A stretch of 61,680 bases of DNA from Bacteroidota bacterium (GCA_018267005.1 JAFDZK010000001.1:1-61680); one strand, 5' to 3'. Shown: positions 9,329-19,903, counted from the stretch's first letter. Program-made: numbers and translations. The notes: a model not told the origin generated them from the sequence alone.

Positions 9329-10633
9329 ATGAAAAAATTTTCCGCGCTGATGTTCTCGTTTATCGGCCTGCAGGCGCTTGCGCAAAGCCCGGACCTGAAA
9401 GCCATTGCGTCTAAGAAAGCCGACTCGCTGTTTAGCCAAACTGTGGCCTGGCGGCGCGACTTTCACGAACATCCCGAGTTGGGCAACCGCGAGGTCCGGA
9501 CGGCGAATATCGTGGCTAACTTCCTGAAATCGCTTGGGATGGAAGTGAAGACCGGCGTAGCAACCACCGGCGTTGTCGCAATACTGAAAGGAGCTTATCC
9601 GGGGCCGGTAGTGGCGCTCCGGTCCGAGCTCGATGCGTTGCCGGTAACGGAACGTACGCCTGTGCCCTTTGCATCAAGAGTTACTACCACATACAACGGT
9701 CAGCAGGTTGGTGTAATGCATGCCTGCGGACATGACACGCATATGGCTATGCTGATGACAGCGGCCGAGATCTTGTCGTCCATGAAAAACCAGTTGCATG
9801 GCACGGTAAAGTTCATTTTTCAACCGGCTGAAGAAGGTACTCCGACAGGTGAAAAAGGCGGCGCCGAAGAAATGGTAAAAGAAGGCGTACTGGAAAACCC
9901 AAAGGTCGACGTAATCTTCGCTCAGCACATTTTTTCCTACATGCCTGCCGGCACTATTACTTATCGCCCGGGAGGCGCCATGGCCTCGGTCAACGATATG
10001 AGGATCATCATTAAAGGTAAATCGTCGCATGGGGCCGAGCCCTGGTTTTCCGTCGACCCGATCGTTACCTCGGCGCAGATCATCAATAACCTGCAAACCA
10101 TCGTAAGCCGCAATATCAATCTTAAGGAAAACCCTGCCGTAGTGACTATCGGCGCGATCAATGGCGGCAACCGTCACAATATCATCCCCGAAAAAGTAGA
10201 AATGCTCGGCACGTTGCGTGCCCTGAGCGACGCGGATGAACAAACTTTGATTACGCGGGTAAAAAAGATAGTTAACAGCACCGCGGAAGCTAACGGCGCC
10301 ACCGCGGAAGTATATATCCCATACAGTGTGCACTACCCGGTTACCTATAACGATCCGGCGCTGACAGCGCAAATGCTGCCGACCTTGCAGCAGACTGCGG
10401 GCGCGGACAACGTAATTCTCGGCGCACCTATGACAGGCTCGGAGGACATGAGCTTTTTTCAGCAAAAAGTGCCCGGGCTTGATGTATTTCTTGGCGGCAT
10501 GCCAAAAGGGGCCGATCCAAAGAATGTAGCAGCAAACCATTCGGCCGATTTTTTCGTTGATGAAAGTGTTTTTCCACTGGGTGTCAAGACCCTTTGCAAC
10601 CTGACGCTTGATTATATGAGTGAAAAAAAGTGA
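9329..10633 (+). CDS. M20D amidohydrolase, exported
   Basis: HEHPELG, MHACGHD, FQPAEEG, GSED motifs; start moved to ATG 9329. Confidence 0.9.
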   Translation: MKKFSALMFSFIGLQALAQSPDLKAIASKKADSLFSQTVAWRRDFHEHPELGNREVRTANIVANFLKSLGMEVKTGVATTGVVAILKGAYPGPVVALRSELDALPVTERTPVPFASRVTTTYNGQQVGVMHACGHDTHMAMLMTAAEILSSMKNQLHGTVKFIFQPAEEGTPTGEKGGAEEMVKEGVLENPKVDVIFAQHIFSYMPAGTITYRPGGAMASVNDMRIIIKGKSSHGAEPWFSVDPIVTSAQIINNLQTIVSRNINLKENPAVVTIGAINGGNRHNIIPEKVEMLGTLRALSDADEQTLITRVKKIVNSTAEANGATAEVYIPYSVHYPVTYNDPALTAQMLPTLQQTAGADNVILGAPMTGSEDMSFFQQKVPGLDVFLGGMPKGADPKNVAANHSADFFVDESVFPLGVKTLCNLTLDYMSEKK

Positions 10634-10663
10634 AAAGATTGGCTATATTTACTGCGCGCTGTT

Positions 10664-11191
10664 ATGAGTAAAAATCTTTCTGTTATTGCCTGCTGCCTTT
10701 TCTTAACCGGGCTTATTGCGCAAAAGAGCTATGCGGGGATCTGCTGTACCCCAAAACACGACGCCGATACGTCGTTTACGGATTCCGTGGCAACCAGGAA
10801 GGTTATAACCGGACTCATTAATAAGGTGGTTACAGCGTCCGGCGCGTTCAATGTCGATGCAGTCGCCGACCTGTATGCACCCAATGCCGTCATTGCCGAT
10901 GAAGAACCGCCATTTTCGTGGAACGGCCCTACCGCGGGCGTTCAGTGGATCAACACGGTCGAACAGACCTGCAAGACTCTGCGGATCAAAGAGCTTAAGG
11001 GAAAGATTGGGCGGATAACAGTCTTTCTTCACAGCGATGAAAGCATTTATGTGATCGTGCCCGCCACCTACAGCGGCGAAATCCATGGCGATCCTTTTAG
11101 CGAAGAAGGCGCATTTAGCTTTATTTTCCGGCTGGTTAGCGGGAGATGGCTCATCAAAAGCCAGGTTTGGCTTACGCGCAAGGGAATGTAA
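10664..11191 (+). CDS. NTF2/SnoaL-like exported protein
   Basis: signal peptide; DAVADLYAPNAVI and C-terminal GRWLI pattern. Confidence 0.6.
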   Translation: MSKNLSVIACCLFLTGLIAQKSYAGICCTPKHDADTSFTDSVATRKVITGLINKVVTASGAFNVDAVADLYAPNAVIADEEPPFSWNGPTAGVQWINTVEQTCKTLRIKELKGKIGRITVFLHSDESIYVIVPATYSGEIHGDPFSEEGAFSFIFRLVSGRWLIKSQVWLTRKGM

Positions 11192-11242
11192 TAATTCATG
11201 CTTATTTCTTGATATATTTGGTATAACAGCCGGTCATACCAT

Positions 11243-12598
11243 ATGAAAAAACTTTCTTTTCTTCTTCTGTTTCTGCTGCTTACTTTTTTTGTAAATGCCC
11301 AGCCTGCATTTCCGGTCACGGTAAGTGCTAACAAAAAATACCTTGTTGACCGTCATAATAAACCATTCCTTGTCAAGGAAATATCCGCATGGGGCCTTAT
11401 CCAGGCTCTTTCGGAAGCCGATGAAGCCGCATTTATCGATAGTGTGAAGAAAAAGGGGTTCAACACCCTGATGGTAAGCATTATCTCGTACGACACCCGT
11501 TTCGCCGGCGATCCGCCCAATTGGCAGGGTATATCGCCTTTTAAAGTAAAATGGGACCTGTCCACTTACGACACGGCCTATTTCGCGCATGCCGACCGTT
11601 TCCTGCACATGGCGCAGGCGAAGGGTATGCTGGTACTGTTGGTGCCCTGTTATATGGGTTATAAGGGTGATCAAAACCAGGGTTGGTGGGGTAAGGTGCT
11701 CAATTCCAACAATAGCCCTGCTAAAAGTCGTATTTACGGAGAGTTTTTGGGCAAACGGTACAAAGATTTTAAAAATATCATCTGGGAAGCAGGCGGTGAT
11801 AACCCTTGCGATAGCCCACTGTACCGGCATCTGGACAACATCATACAGGGAATAAAAGCGTACGATAAAAAACATTTATGGACCGGCCATTTCGAGTCGG
11901 TATATCCTACCAACTGGTCGTCGGGCAATAAGCGGTATGCAAAATATATCGATATCGACGGCCTGTATGATTTCGAGGAAAAGAACCTTGGCCCGGACAC
12001 TCCCCAATATAAAACTGAGCTGGAACATTACGGACAGGGTCGCATGATCTTCCAACTCGACCAGAGCTATGAACAGGACATTCCGCATGGAAAAGATAAT
12101 ACGGAGTACCAAATCATCCGCCGCAAGAATTATGACGGCCTGCTCAGCGGCTGCGCCGGAACAAGCTTTAGCCCGGGCCAGCCAGACAATCAATGCTATA
12201 CGCTTACTAACTGGCCCCCGCTGATGAGTACTCTGGGCATGCGGCAGATGGAATATTGTTTCAATTTATTCAGATCCATTCACTGGCAAAAACTGGTACC
12301 AGATACCGGCCATAAAATCATCATCCATGGCCGTGAAAACTATGGGAACAGAGATTATGTGTGCGCAGCTAAAGCAGATGATTCCAGTGTTTATTTGGCC
12401 TATCTTCCGAGGGGCGGAAACATAACGGTTAATTTAGGCAGATTGAATATGAATGGTATCAAGGCTGCCTGGTACGATCCGCGCAGCGGCAAATTGTCAC
12501 ACATCGGCAGGTTTGCACCGGTTACTGCCCGGCATACCTTCACAGCACCTGATGATAACGACTGGGTGCTGGTGCTAAATAATGAAGCCGCAAGGTGA
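11243..12598 (+). CDS. DUF4038 (apiosidase/GH140-like) glycoside hydrolase with C-terminal putative collagen-binding domain
   Basis: KKGFNT, NIIWEAGGD, AAWYDPRSG...FTAP...DWVLVL; signal peptide. Confidence 0.7.
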   Translation: MKKLSFLLLFLLLTFFVNAQPAFPVTVSANKKYLVDRHNKPFLVKEISAWGLIQALSEADEAAFIDSVKKKGFNTLMVSIISYDTRFAGDPPNWQGISPFKVKWDLSTYDTAYFAHADRFLHMAQAKGMLVLLVPCYMGYKGDQNQGWWGKVLNSNNSPAKSRIYGEFLGKRYKDFKNIIWEAGGDNPCDSPLYRHLDNIIQGIKAYDKKHLWTGHFESVYPTNWSSGNKRYAKYIDIDGLYDFEEKNLGPDTPQYKTELEHYGQGRMIFQLDQSYEQDIPHGKDNTEYQIIRRKNYDGLLSGCAGTSFSPGQPDNQCYTLTNWPPLMSTLGMRQMEYCFNLFRSIHWQKLVPDTGHKIIIHGRENYGNRDYVCAAKADDSSVYLAYLPRGGNITVNLGRLNMNGIKAAWYDPRSGKLSHIGRFAPVTARHTFTAPDDNDWVLVLNNEAAR

Positions 12599-12601
12599 CC
12601 T

Positions 12602-13603
12602 CTACACACCCGAATAAATAATGCAGCCAAGTCCTGCAACGAATAACAAAAACGTAGCCGACAGGTAAGCGTTAACGCCTTTTGGCGCATTGGCAAATTC
12701 ACGCCAGATAAATACCCCCCATAACGCTGCCACCAAGGTCGCGCCCTGGCCCAAGCCATACGATATTGCCGGCCCGGCTTTGCCCGCAGCTATTAAATTC
12801 AGCGAGTTTCCCAACCCCCATATCAATCCGCCTAAAATTCCGACGAAATGGATTGAAAACCTGTTCGAGAAATACTGGCTATAGCTCACCGGTTCGCCAT
12901 CAACCGGTTTCTTCATCAGGATGGTATTGAAGACGAAGTTGGATACAAAAATACCCACCGAGAAAACAAATACAGCCGTATAGGGCGTCATTTTACCGGC
13001 TGCAGGGCTGACAAAATTTCCCAGGTCCATGGATGCAGCAATAAAGCGGTAAAAGAATGACATCAGTAATCCTGCTATCAAAGAAATGACGATTCCTTTG
13101 GCGGAAACGCCCTTGCCGGTTCCCCCTTTCTTCAGATAAGCTAATGCATTTAGAATAATCGCCAGCGTGATCAGCGCCACACCCAGGAAAAGCCAAAGCG
13201 GTTCACCTTTTTGTGCGCCGAAATAGTTGAGCAATACGCCCAGGATCAGTGCCAGGCCAATCCCAACGGGGAACGCGACCGCCATGCCCGCTATCGCGAT
13301 AGCCGCGGAGAATAAGATATTAGCAGCATTGAATACTATCCCGCCAATGAAGGCGCTGGCCAGGTTGGAGCCTGATGCCTGCGACAGATCGGCTAAAAAA
13401 CTTCGGCCCTCGGTACCCATACTGCCTAAAGTGAACGCCGATATGATCGAGAACAACAGGATGCCAATGACATAGTCCCAATAAAAAAGCTCGAAGCGAA
13501 GGGTTTTACCTGCCAGTTTTTGAGTATTGGCCCATGAGCCCCAGCATAGCATGGTTACTACGCAAAAGAGCACGGCCACAGTGTAAGTATGTACAATGAA
13601 CAT
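12602..13603 (-). CDS. GRP/DMT-family sugar (ribose) transporter
   Basis: MLCWGSWANT, FELFYWDY, AISYGLGQGA; about 10 TM segments; follows ribokinase. Confidence 0.8.
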   Translation of the reverse strand: MFIVHTYTVAVLFCVVTMLCWGSWANTQKLAGKTLRFELFYWDYVIGILLFSIISAFTLGSMGTEGRSFLADLSQASGSNLASAFIGGIVFNAANILFSAAIAIAGMAVAFPVGIGLALILGVLLNYFGAQKGEPLWLFLGVALITLAIILNALAYLKKGGTGKGVSAKGIVISLIAGLLMSFFYRFIAASMDLGNFVSPAAGKMTPYTAVFVFSVGIFVSNFVFNTILMKKPVDGEPVSYSQYFSNRFSIHFVGILGGLIWGLGNSLNLIAAGKAGPAISYGLGQGATLVAALWGVFIWREFANAPKGVNAYLSATFLLFVAGLGCIIYSGV

Positions 13604-13614
13604 ATTTGATGGAT

Positions 13615-14526
13615 TTATTTTGGTTCAATTTCATGACGATAAGGCGCAGCCGCTTGTGCACCTAAACGGGTGACGCTGATGGCCGCTGCCTTGCAGCCAA
13701 AATCCACGGCTTCTCTCAATAAACGGCCCTCGGCCAGTGCAACCGCCAATGCGCCATTAAAAACATCGCCCGCGGCAGTAGTGTCGACCGCTTCAACTAT
13801 CGGAGCGGGAATTAACTCGTCGATGCCGGCTTGACTGATCAGTGCGCCTTTCGCTCCCAGCGTAATGACAACCGTTTCCACACCCTTTTCACGTATGACC
13901 TGCGCTGCTGCACGGGCTCCGGCAAGGTCTGTAATGTGGATACCGGTAAGCATTTCGGCCTCAGTTTCATTAGGCGTAATAATGCTGATATGTCTTAAAA
14001 GGTCGTCGGGCAATTGGCAGGCAGGCGCGGGGTTCAGGATGATCTTTGCACCCATAACCGATGCCAGTTCGGCCACATAGGTTACCGTCATCAGCGGTAT
14101 TTCCAGTTGCATCAGGATAAATCCCGCGCTTTGGATAACTTCGGTGGCTGCGCCGAGATCGGCGGGGAACAATGCAGCGTTAGCGCCTGATGCTACGACG
14201 ATGGTATTCTCCGCTTGCTTGTCGACCGTAATCAACGCCACGCCGGACGGATGCAGCGGATCCGTTAATATATGGTCTGTTTTTATCCCCTCCTCCTTAA
14301 ATAATTTTACAGCCGCCTCGCCGAACAGGTCATTGCCCGTTTTAGCGATGAAGGCAACATGGCCGCCGAGCCGCTTGGCTGCCACGGCCTGGTTGGCGCC
14401 TTTGCCGCCCGGGTTTATAAAGAAACTGCCGCCCAGGATGGTTTCACCCGGTGCAGGCAAATGATCGGTGCGTATCACCATATCGGTATTGGTGCTGCCG
14501 ACAATAACAATAGATGGATGGTTCAT
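13615..14526 (-). CDS. rbsK: ribokinase
   Basis: PGGKGANQA, PNETEA, DTTAAGDVF (PfkB signatures). Confidence 0.92.
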   Translation of the reverse strand: MNHPSIVIVGSTNTDMVIRTDHLPAPGETILGGSFFINPGGKGANQAVAAKRLGGHVAFIAKTGNDLFGEAAVKLFKEEGIKTDHILTDPLHPSGVALITVDKQAENTIVVASGANAALFPADLGAATEVIQSAGFILMQLEIPLMTVTYVAELASVMGAKIILNPAPACQLPDDLLRHISIITPNETEAEMLTGIHITDLAGARAAAQVIREKGVETVVITLGAKGALISQAGIDELIPAPIVEAVDTTAAGDVFNGALAVALAEGRLLREAVDFGCKAAAISVTRLGAQAAAPYRHEIEPK

Positions 14527-14561
14527 GATTGGTTTTATAAATGTAGTAAAAGTTAGAGAGG

Positions 14562-14576
14562 TTGTAAACGTTACAA
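14562..14576. promoter_or_regulatory. candidate LacI-type operator TTGTAAACGTTACAA
   Basis: palindrome TTGTAA-ACG-TTACAA between divergent rbsK and PIG-L genes; no LacI gene in the window. Confidence 0.5.
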
Positions 14577-14615
14577 ACTTGTAGTGGTTAAATTCTACTC
14601 TTATATTTAAAGGCT

Positions 14616-15413
14616 ATGAAGAATAACAAACCCGGCCGCCGTGACTTTTTGAAAATTTCTACGATAGCCTTAAGCGGAATTGCCCTTGCGCCTGCAGTTG
14701 CAGTAACGGAGCAGAGAACGCCCATGTTGCCTGTCCCATTAGCCGGTGATAAAAAGCTAAGCATCATTTGCCTCGGCGCCCATCCCGGCGACCCGGAATT
14801 TGGCTGCGGCGGCACGATGGCCAGGTACAGCGAGGCTGGGCACCACGTTACGTTCCTGTACATCACCCGCGGCGAGGCAAGTGATCCAAATAAGACTTAC
14901 AATGAAATGGCGGCATTGCGCACGGATGAAGCAGAAACGGCCTGTAAAATATTAAATGCCACTCCGCGGTTTTTTGGTCAGACTGATGGCAATACGGTTC
15001 TTGATAAAGACCAGAACGATAAGATCACCAAATTGATCGCGGCATCCAAACCCGACCTGCTATTTACCCAATGGCCGGTTGACGGGCACCCCGATCACCA
15101 GGTTACCGGCATGCTCGGCTTAACTGCCTGGATACGAACCAACCGGTCATTCCACCTTTACTTTTATGAAGTGAACACCGGTGTTGAAACAATGGGCTTC
15201 ACCCCTACCGACCATGTCGACATAACAACCGTACGCGAAAAGAAGAAGCAGGCTATGTTCGCGCACAAAACACAGGACCCGGTGAGAACTTACAACGATT
15301 ACTTTAAACCTCTCGAGGAATTTCGTGGTCTTGAAGCCGGCGTACAGGCTGCTGAAGCTTTTATCCATTTTAAACCGGCTGCCGAAAGGGCGGGCATCAC
15401 CGGACTTTACTAA
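14616..15413 (+). CDS. PIG-L family deacetylase with Tat signal
   Basis: RRDFLK Tat motif; AHPGDPE, TRGE and HPDH motifs. Confidence 0.8.
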   Translation: MKNNKPGRRDFLKISTIALSGIALAPAVAVTEQRTPMLPVPLAGDKKLSIICLGAHPGDPEFGCGGTMARYSEAGHHVTFLYITRGEASDPNKTYNEMAALRTDEAETACKILNATPRFFGQTDGNTVLDKDQNDKITKLIAASKPDLLFTQWPVDGHPDHQVTGMLGLTAWIRTNRSFHLYFYEVNTGVETMGFTPTDHVDITTVREKKKQAMFAHKTQDPVRTYNDYFKPLEEFRGLEAGVQAAEAFIHFKPAAERAGITGLY

Positions 15414-15489
15414 CGATGGTGCTTTTCGGCTCAAAATCCCTATTTTTCAAAACATTTTTGATTTGGGCTGTTATAGCTTCGGTTCGTAC

Positions 15490-17961
15490 ATGAAAAATCT
15501 CCTGCTGCTATTTTTATTCACGTGCGTATTGCGTGTATCGGCCCAGACCTATCTTCTCAGCGGTCGTGTAACCGATAAAGAAACTCACAAACCTGTAGGT
15601 TTTACCTCAATCTACATTAGAAATTCGACTTACGGTACCGCCGCGAATGAGAACGGCAATTATACCTTTAAACTGACACCCGGTAATTACAGCATCATCT
15701 ATCGCTTTCCAGGCTACCAGGAAGTCACTGAGAAAATAACGATAACCGATCAGAACCTGGTGCACAACGTGCAGATGACGGATGAGACCTACCAGATCAG
15801 GAAGTTCGAGCGGGTCCATGGCCGCACGCCCGATTCGGCTGTGGATATGATCAAAAAGGTAATGGCCAGGCGACAGTACTTTCTCGGGCAGGTGCAGGCT
15901 TATTCCTGCGTAGAATACATTAAGGGTGTGCAAAAGTTGGTAAGGGCGCCGAAATCGCTGATGGGGCAGAATGTAACCGCGGCATTAAATCTTGACAGCA
16001 CCGGCAGAGGCATCTTGTACCAGACGGAGTCATTATCCGATTATAGTTTTAAGCAACCTGATAAGGTTAAGGAGGTGGTCATCGCACAGCGGGCTGCCGG
16101 TCAGAATACCGCTTTTAGCTACAACAGCGCATCAGACCTGGCCGCTAACTTTTACAAGGATATTTTCACTATCCCGGGTTTGAGCAGCCGGGGATTCGTT
16201 TCGCCTTTTGCCGTTAACGCATTTAATTTTTACGACTATTACCTGGTCGGATCAAAGCCGGAGAACGGCCTTATCGTACACAAGATAGAGGTGGTACCGA
16301 AACACCGGTTCAGACAGGCATTTACCGGCTACGTTTATGTGCTTGACGGCGACTGGCGTATTTATGGCATCGACCTGCAGCTTACCAGCGCGGCAAACCT
16401 GCTGAACCTGGTGGATACGCTGCGGATCAGCCAGCAATATGTGCCCATACGCGACAGTGTATGGGAGCCGTTATCGGTACGTTATACCTTTCAGGGCAGC
16501 GTACTCGGATTTGGATTCGAAGGTTATTATCTGGGGCTATACAATAACTACAATCTATCGCCCAACTACCCGGATCATTTTTTCGATGGTGAAAGAATGC
16601 ATACTGATACGATAGCCAAGACACGCGATTCGGCGTGGTGGGACAGGCAGCGCCCCGTACCGCTGACCCTGCAGGAGCGCTCGGATTATAACCGCAAGGA
16701 TTTTATGGCCGAGGTGCAAAACTCGGTCAATAAGTACAACGAAGAAAAAACGAGGAACAATTTCAACTTAATCCCTTACCTGGTATTTGGCTATAAGGCT
16801 ACCTACAACAACCACAAAGATTCTATCAGTACTTACCCTTTTATACAAACGCTGTATTACAATACGGTCGAAGGTTTTGGCATCAATCTGAAAGGAACCT
16901 ATACACATTATTTTGACGACTACAGTTCGTACAGTATCACGCCTAACGCCAGGTACGGCTTTGCCGATAATCTGTTCAATGCCAATATGCGGATAGCCTA
17001 CGACTATGATCCCCAAAAACGCGGCCGCTTTCTTCTGGGTTTTGGCAGCGATATACTCGACCTCAGCAACGTAGGGACACGCTCTCTGTATTTTAACACG
17101 CTGAGTACATTGCTTAGCGAACAAAATTTCGTGAAATATTATCGCTCGGAATACGGCGAATTTGGCTACCAGCATGCCATCAATGAGAACCTGGTATGGC
17201 AAGCTGATCTCTCGTACGCCAACCGTACGCAACTCTACAATACCTCATTTTACTCATTCAGAAACTACCCCTACCGTCACCTGACATCCAATAATCCGTT
17301 GATGCCCGATGCTCCCGCAAACGACCATTCCCTGCTGTTTCCCGAAAACCAGGCGCTGACACTGAGCACTTCATTTACCTATACCATCGATCAGCAATAT
17401 GACACACGCCCAACCGGGCGCGTTTATGAACCTTCGCCGTATCCGCAGATCAGGCTCAATTACCGCAGGGGTTTTAACGGTATTTTAGGTTCTGACGTGA
17501 ACTATGATTTTGCATCGCTGGAAGTATTTCACGACCATTTTGCGCCCGATCTGCTCGGCTATTCGGCGTTTAAGTTTGTAGCGGGAGATTTTTTCAACCA
17601 TACCCGGTTGTATTTTATGGATTACAATCACTTCCTCGGCAACCAGGGTACTACTTTCGACCCGACGCCGGGAAGTTTCCATTTCCTCCCGTTCTATACC
17701 TACAGCACCGACGGCCCATTCCTCGAAGCGCATTACGAGCATAATTTTTCGGGATGCATTTTTAGTCATATTCCGTTTCTGCGGCGGCTTAAGCTCGACG
17801 AAATAGCAGGCATAAATTACCTGGCGACCAACCAGAACAGAAACTACACCGAATATTATATTGGCATCCAGCGCTTTATTTTCCGTATCGACTACGGTTT
17901 CGCGTACGAAGGCAACAAAAAATATCAGCAGGGCTTCAGGATTTTTTATGGGATAAAGTAG
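15490..17961 (+). CDS. DUF5686 / CarboxypepD_reg-like outer-membrane protein
   Basis: start moved to ATG 15490 (MKNLLLL signal); GRVTD...GNY N-terminal domain; aromatic beta-rich C-terminus. Confidence 0.7.
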   Translation: MKNLLLLFLFTCVLRVSAQTYLLSGRVTDKETHKPVGFTSIYIRNSTYGTAANENGNYTFKLTPGNYSIIYRFPGYQEVTEKITITDQNLVHNVQMTDETYQIRKFERVHGRTPDSAVDMIKKVMARRQYFLGQVQAYSCVEYIKGVQKLVRAPKSLMGQNVTAALNLDSTGRGILYQTESLSDYSFKQPDKVKEVVIAQRAAGQNTAFSYNSASDLAANFYKDIFTIPGLSSRGFVSPFAVNAFNFYDYYLVGSKPENGLIVHKIEVVPKHRFRQAFTGYVYVLDGDWRIYGIDLQLTSAANLLNLVDTLRISQQYVPIRDSVWEPLSVRYTFQGSVLGFGFEGYYLGLYNNYNLSPNYPDHFFDGERMHTDTIAKTRDSAWWDRQRPVPLTLQERSDYNRKDFMAEVQNSVNKYNEEKTRNNFNLIPYLVFGYKATYNNHKDSISTYPFIQTLYYNTVEGFGINLKGTYTHYFDDYSSYSITPNARYGFADNLFNANMRIAYDYDPQKRGRFLLGFGSDILDLSNVGTRSLYFNTLSTLLSEQNFVKYYRSEYGEFGYQHAINENLVWQADLSYANRTQLYNTSFYSFRNYPYRHLTSNNPLMPDAPANDHSLLFPENQALTLSTSFTYTIDQQYDTRPTGRVYEPSPYPQIRLNYRRGFNGILGSDVNYDFASLEVFHDHFAPDLLGYSAFKFVAGDFFNHTRLYFMDYNHFLGNQGTTFDPTPGSFHFLPFYTYSTDGPFLEAHYEHNFSGCIFSHIPFLRRLKLDEIAGINYLATNQNRNYTEYYIGIQRFIFRIDYGFAYEGNKKYQQGFRIFYGIK

Positions 17962-17962
17962 G

Positions 17963-18048
17963 AGGCGAAAGGGTAAAGGTGAAAGGTTAAAGGTGGTTAT
18001 ACTAAATACCTATTCAACCTTTATCCTTTTACCTTTCACCTCAAAACC
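17963..18048. repeat. inverted tandem-heptamer element (AGGTnAA / TTnACCT)
   Basis: aggcgaa agggtaa aggtgaa aggttaa aggt ... acct ttatcct tttacct ttcacct; TATTTTTG promoter follows at 18050-18057. Confidence 0.92.
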
Positions 18049-18096
18049 TTATTTTTGCAAATCATTAAACGCCGTTTGCAGCGGTATCAATGTTTT

Positions 18097-19053
18097 ATGG
18101 GTCAATACAATACACTTCTTTACTATTGCTATTCGGCAATAGCGGATGCGGAGCAGTTTGCTGCGGATCACCTCAAATTCTGTAAATCGCTCGGTTTGGT
18201 AGGGCGCATCATCGTGGCTGATGAGGGTCTTAATGGCACGGTTTCGGGCACGGTTGAGGCCTGTAAAACTTACATGGACACCGTTCATGCCGATCCGCGT
18301 TTTGCTTCGACCGAATTTAAGATAGATGAAGTCGACGAGCCTTCATTCGTCAAAATGCACGTGCGCTATAAGTCGGAGATCGTACATTCAGGCTTACGCG
18401 ACCCAAAGATCATCGACCCGACCAAAAGAACGGGCAAACACCTTGAACCGGCAGAGTTCATGGAAATGAAGGACCGGGAGGATGTGGTGATACTTGATGT
18501 TCGGTCTAATTATGAGCATAACCTGGGTAAATTCAAAAATGCCGTAACACTGGACATTGAGAATTTCCGGGATTTCCCGGCTAAGATCAATGAGCTCGCC
18601 CAATACAAGGACAAAAAAATACTAACTTATTGCACCGGCGGTATCAAATGCGAAAAAGCTTCCGCCTTACTGCTGCATGAAGGCTTTAAAGACGTTTATC
18701 AGCTACACGGCGGCATCATCAAATATGGCAAGGAAGCCGGTGGCAAAGATTTTGAAGGCAAATGCTATGTGTTTGATAACCGTTTGGCCGTCGATGTAAA
18801 TTCGGTAAACCCGGCTGTCATTTCTGCCTGCTTTAATTGCGGCAAGCCTACCGACAAGATGATCAACTGCGCCAACCCGGAATGCAACGAGCATTTTACG
18901 CAGTGCGACGAATGCGGTACGCTGATGGAAGGCTGCTGCAGCGAAGCTTGCAAAGCACATCCGCGCAAAAGGGAATACGATGGCACCGGCTATTATGTTA
19001 AAATACCACAGCCGGTGAATCTCAAAAAGGCAAGGATCCAGTTGGCGGAATAA
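18097..19053 (+). CDS. trhO: oxygen-dependent tRNA uridine(34) hydroxylase (UPF0176 rhodanese)
   Basis: GRIIVADEGLNGT, LDVRSNYE, YCTGGIKCEK, GKCYVFDNR; start moved to ATG 18097. Confidence 0.88.
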   Translation: MGQYNTLLYYCYSAIADAEQFAADHLKFCKSLGLVGRIIVADEGLNGTVSGTVEACKTYMDTVHADPRFASTEFKIDEVDEPSFVKMHVRYKSEIVHSGLRDPKIIDPTKRTGKHLEPAEFMEMKDREDVVILDVRSNYEHNLGKFKNAVTLDIENFRDFPAKINELAQYKDKKILTYCTGGIKCEKASALLLHEGFKDVYQLHGGIIKYGKEAGGKDFEGKCYVFDNRLAVDVNSVNPAVISACFNCGKPTDKMINCANPECNEHFTQCDECGTLMEGCCSEACKAHPRKREYDGTGYYVKIPQPVNLKKARIQLAE

Positions 19054-19105
19054 CTTTCAAGACGAAACACCACGATTTTTCGTTACAATTGCATTCAACA
19101 TTGTT

Positions 19106-19903
19106 ATGACTGCAGCTAAAATATTTGTTAAAAGCCTACTAATACTGTGCCTTTCATTGCCGTTACTATCTAAAGCGCAGGACGTTTCATCCTTTGATAA
19201 AGGGACTTATATTAACAAGAAGGATACGCTTCCTTACCGTATTCTTTTCCCGCTTGATTTTGATGCCACAAAAAAATATGCGCTGATCATCGTTTTGCAC
19301 GGAGCCGGCGAACGCGGCAATGACAATGAAGCACAACTCAAATATGGCCCGAAACTTTTCCTGAACGATACTGTCAGGATAAAATATCCCGCCATTGTAG
19401 TTTACCCGCAATGCCCCAAAAACGGCTGGTGGAGTAACACTAAGATAAGCCAGGATTCCGCCGGGCACTATAGCTTCCAGTTTGTGGAAGGCGGCGACCC
19501 GACCCCGGCCATGCAGGATTTATTGGGGCTGTTGTCGCAACTGCTCGAAAAGCCTTATGTAAATAAGTATCGCGTTTACGTCGGTGGCCTTTCCATGGGC
19601 GGGATGGGGACATTTGAAATATTACGCCGCAGACCCGACGTTTTTGCCGCAGCCTTCGCTATGTGCGGAGGTGATAATACCCTGAATGCCAAAGCCTATG
19701 CGAAAAAGGTGCCAATTTGGATATTTCACGGCGAAAAGGACAATGTGGTCTCACCCGATCATTCGATCGTTATGGTCAACGCCATCAAAGCGGAAGGAGG
19801 CAACCCGAAGTTTACGCTATATCCTAACGACGGTCATAATTGCTGGGACGATGCTTTTGCCGAACCGGGCTTTATGGCCTGGCTGTTTTCGCACAAAAAG
19901 TAA
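19106..19903 (+). CDS. exported alpha/beta hydrolase (esterase/phospholipase-like)
   Basis: LHGAGERG, GLSMGG, FHGEKD, GHNCW. Confidence 0.85.
   Translation: MTAAKIFVKSLLILCLSLPLLSKAQDVSSFDKGTYINKKDTLPYRILFPLDFDATKKYALIIVLHGAGERGNDNEAQLKYGPKLFLNDTVRIKYPAIVVYPQCPKNGWWSNTKISQDSAGHYSFQFVEGGDPTPAMQDLLGLLSQLLEKPYVNKYRVYVGGLSMGGMGTFEILRRRPDVFAAAFAMCGGDNTLNAKAYAKKVPIWIFHGEKDNVVSPDHSIVMVNAIKAEGGNPKFTLYPNDGHNCWDDAFAEPGFMAWLFSHKK

Noticed and set aside
9674-10540. 288-aa minus-strand ORF, and similar long shadows (48600-49460, 56824-57618, 1339-2013, 21368-22030, 11234-11875)
   Set aside because: Antisense to well-supported genes, with no recognisable motifs.
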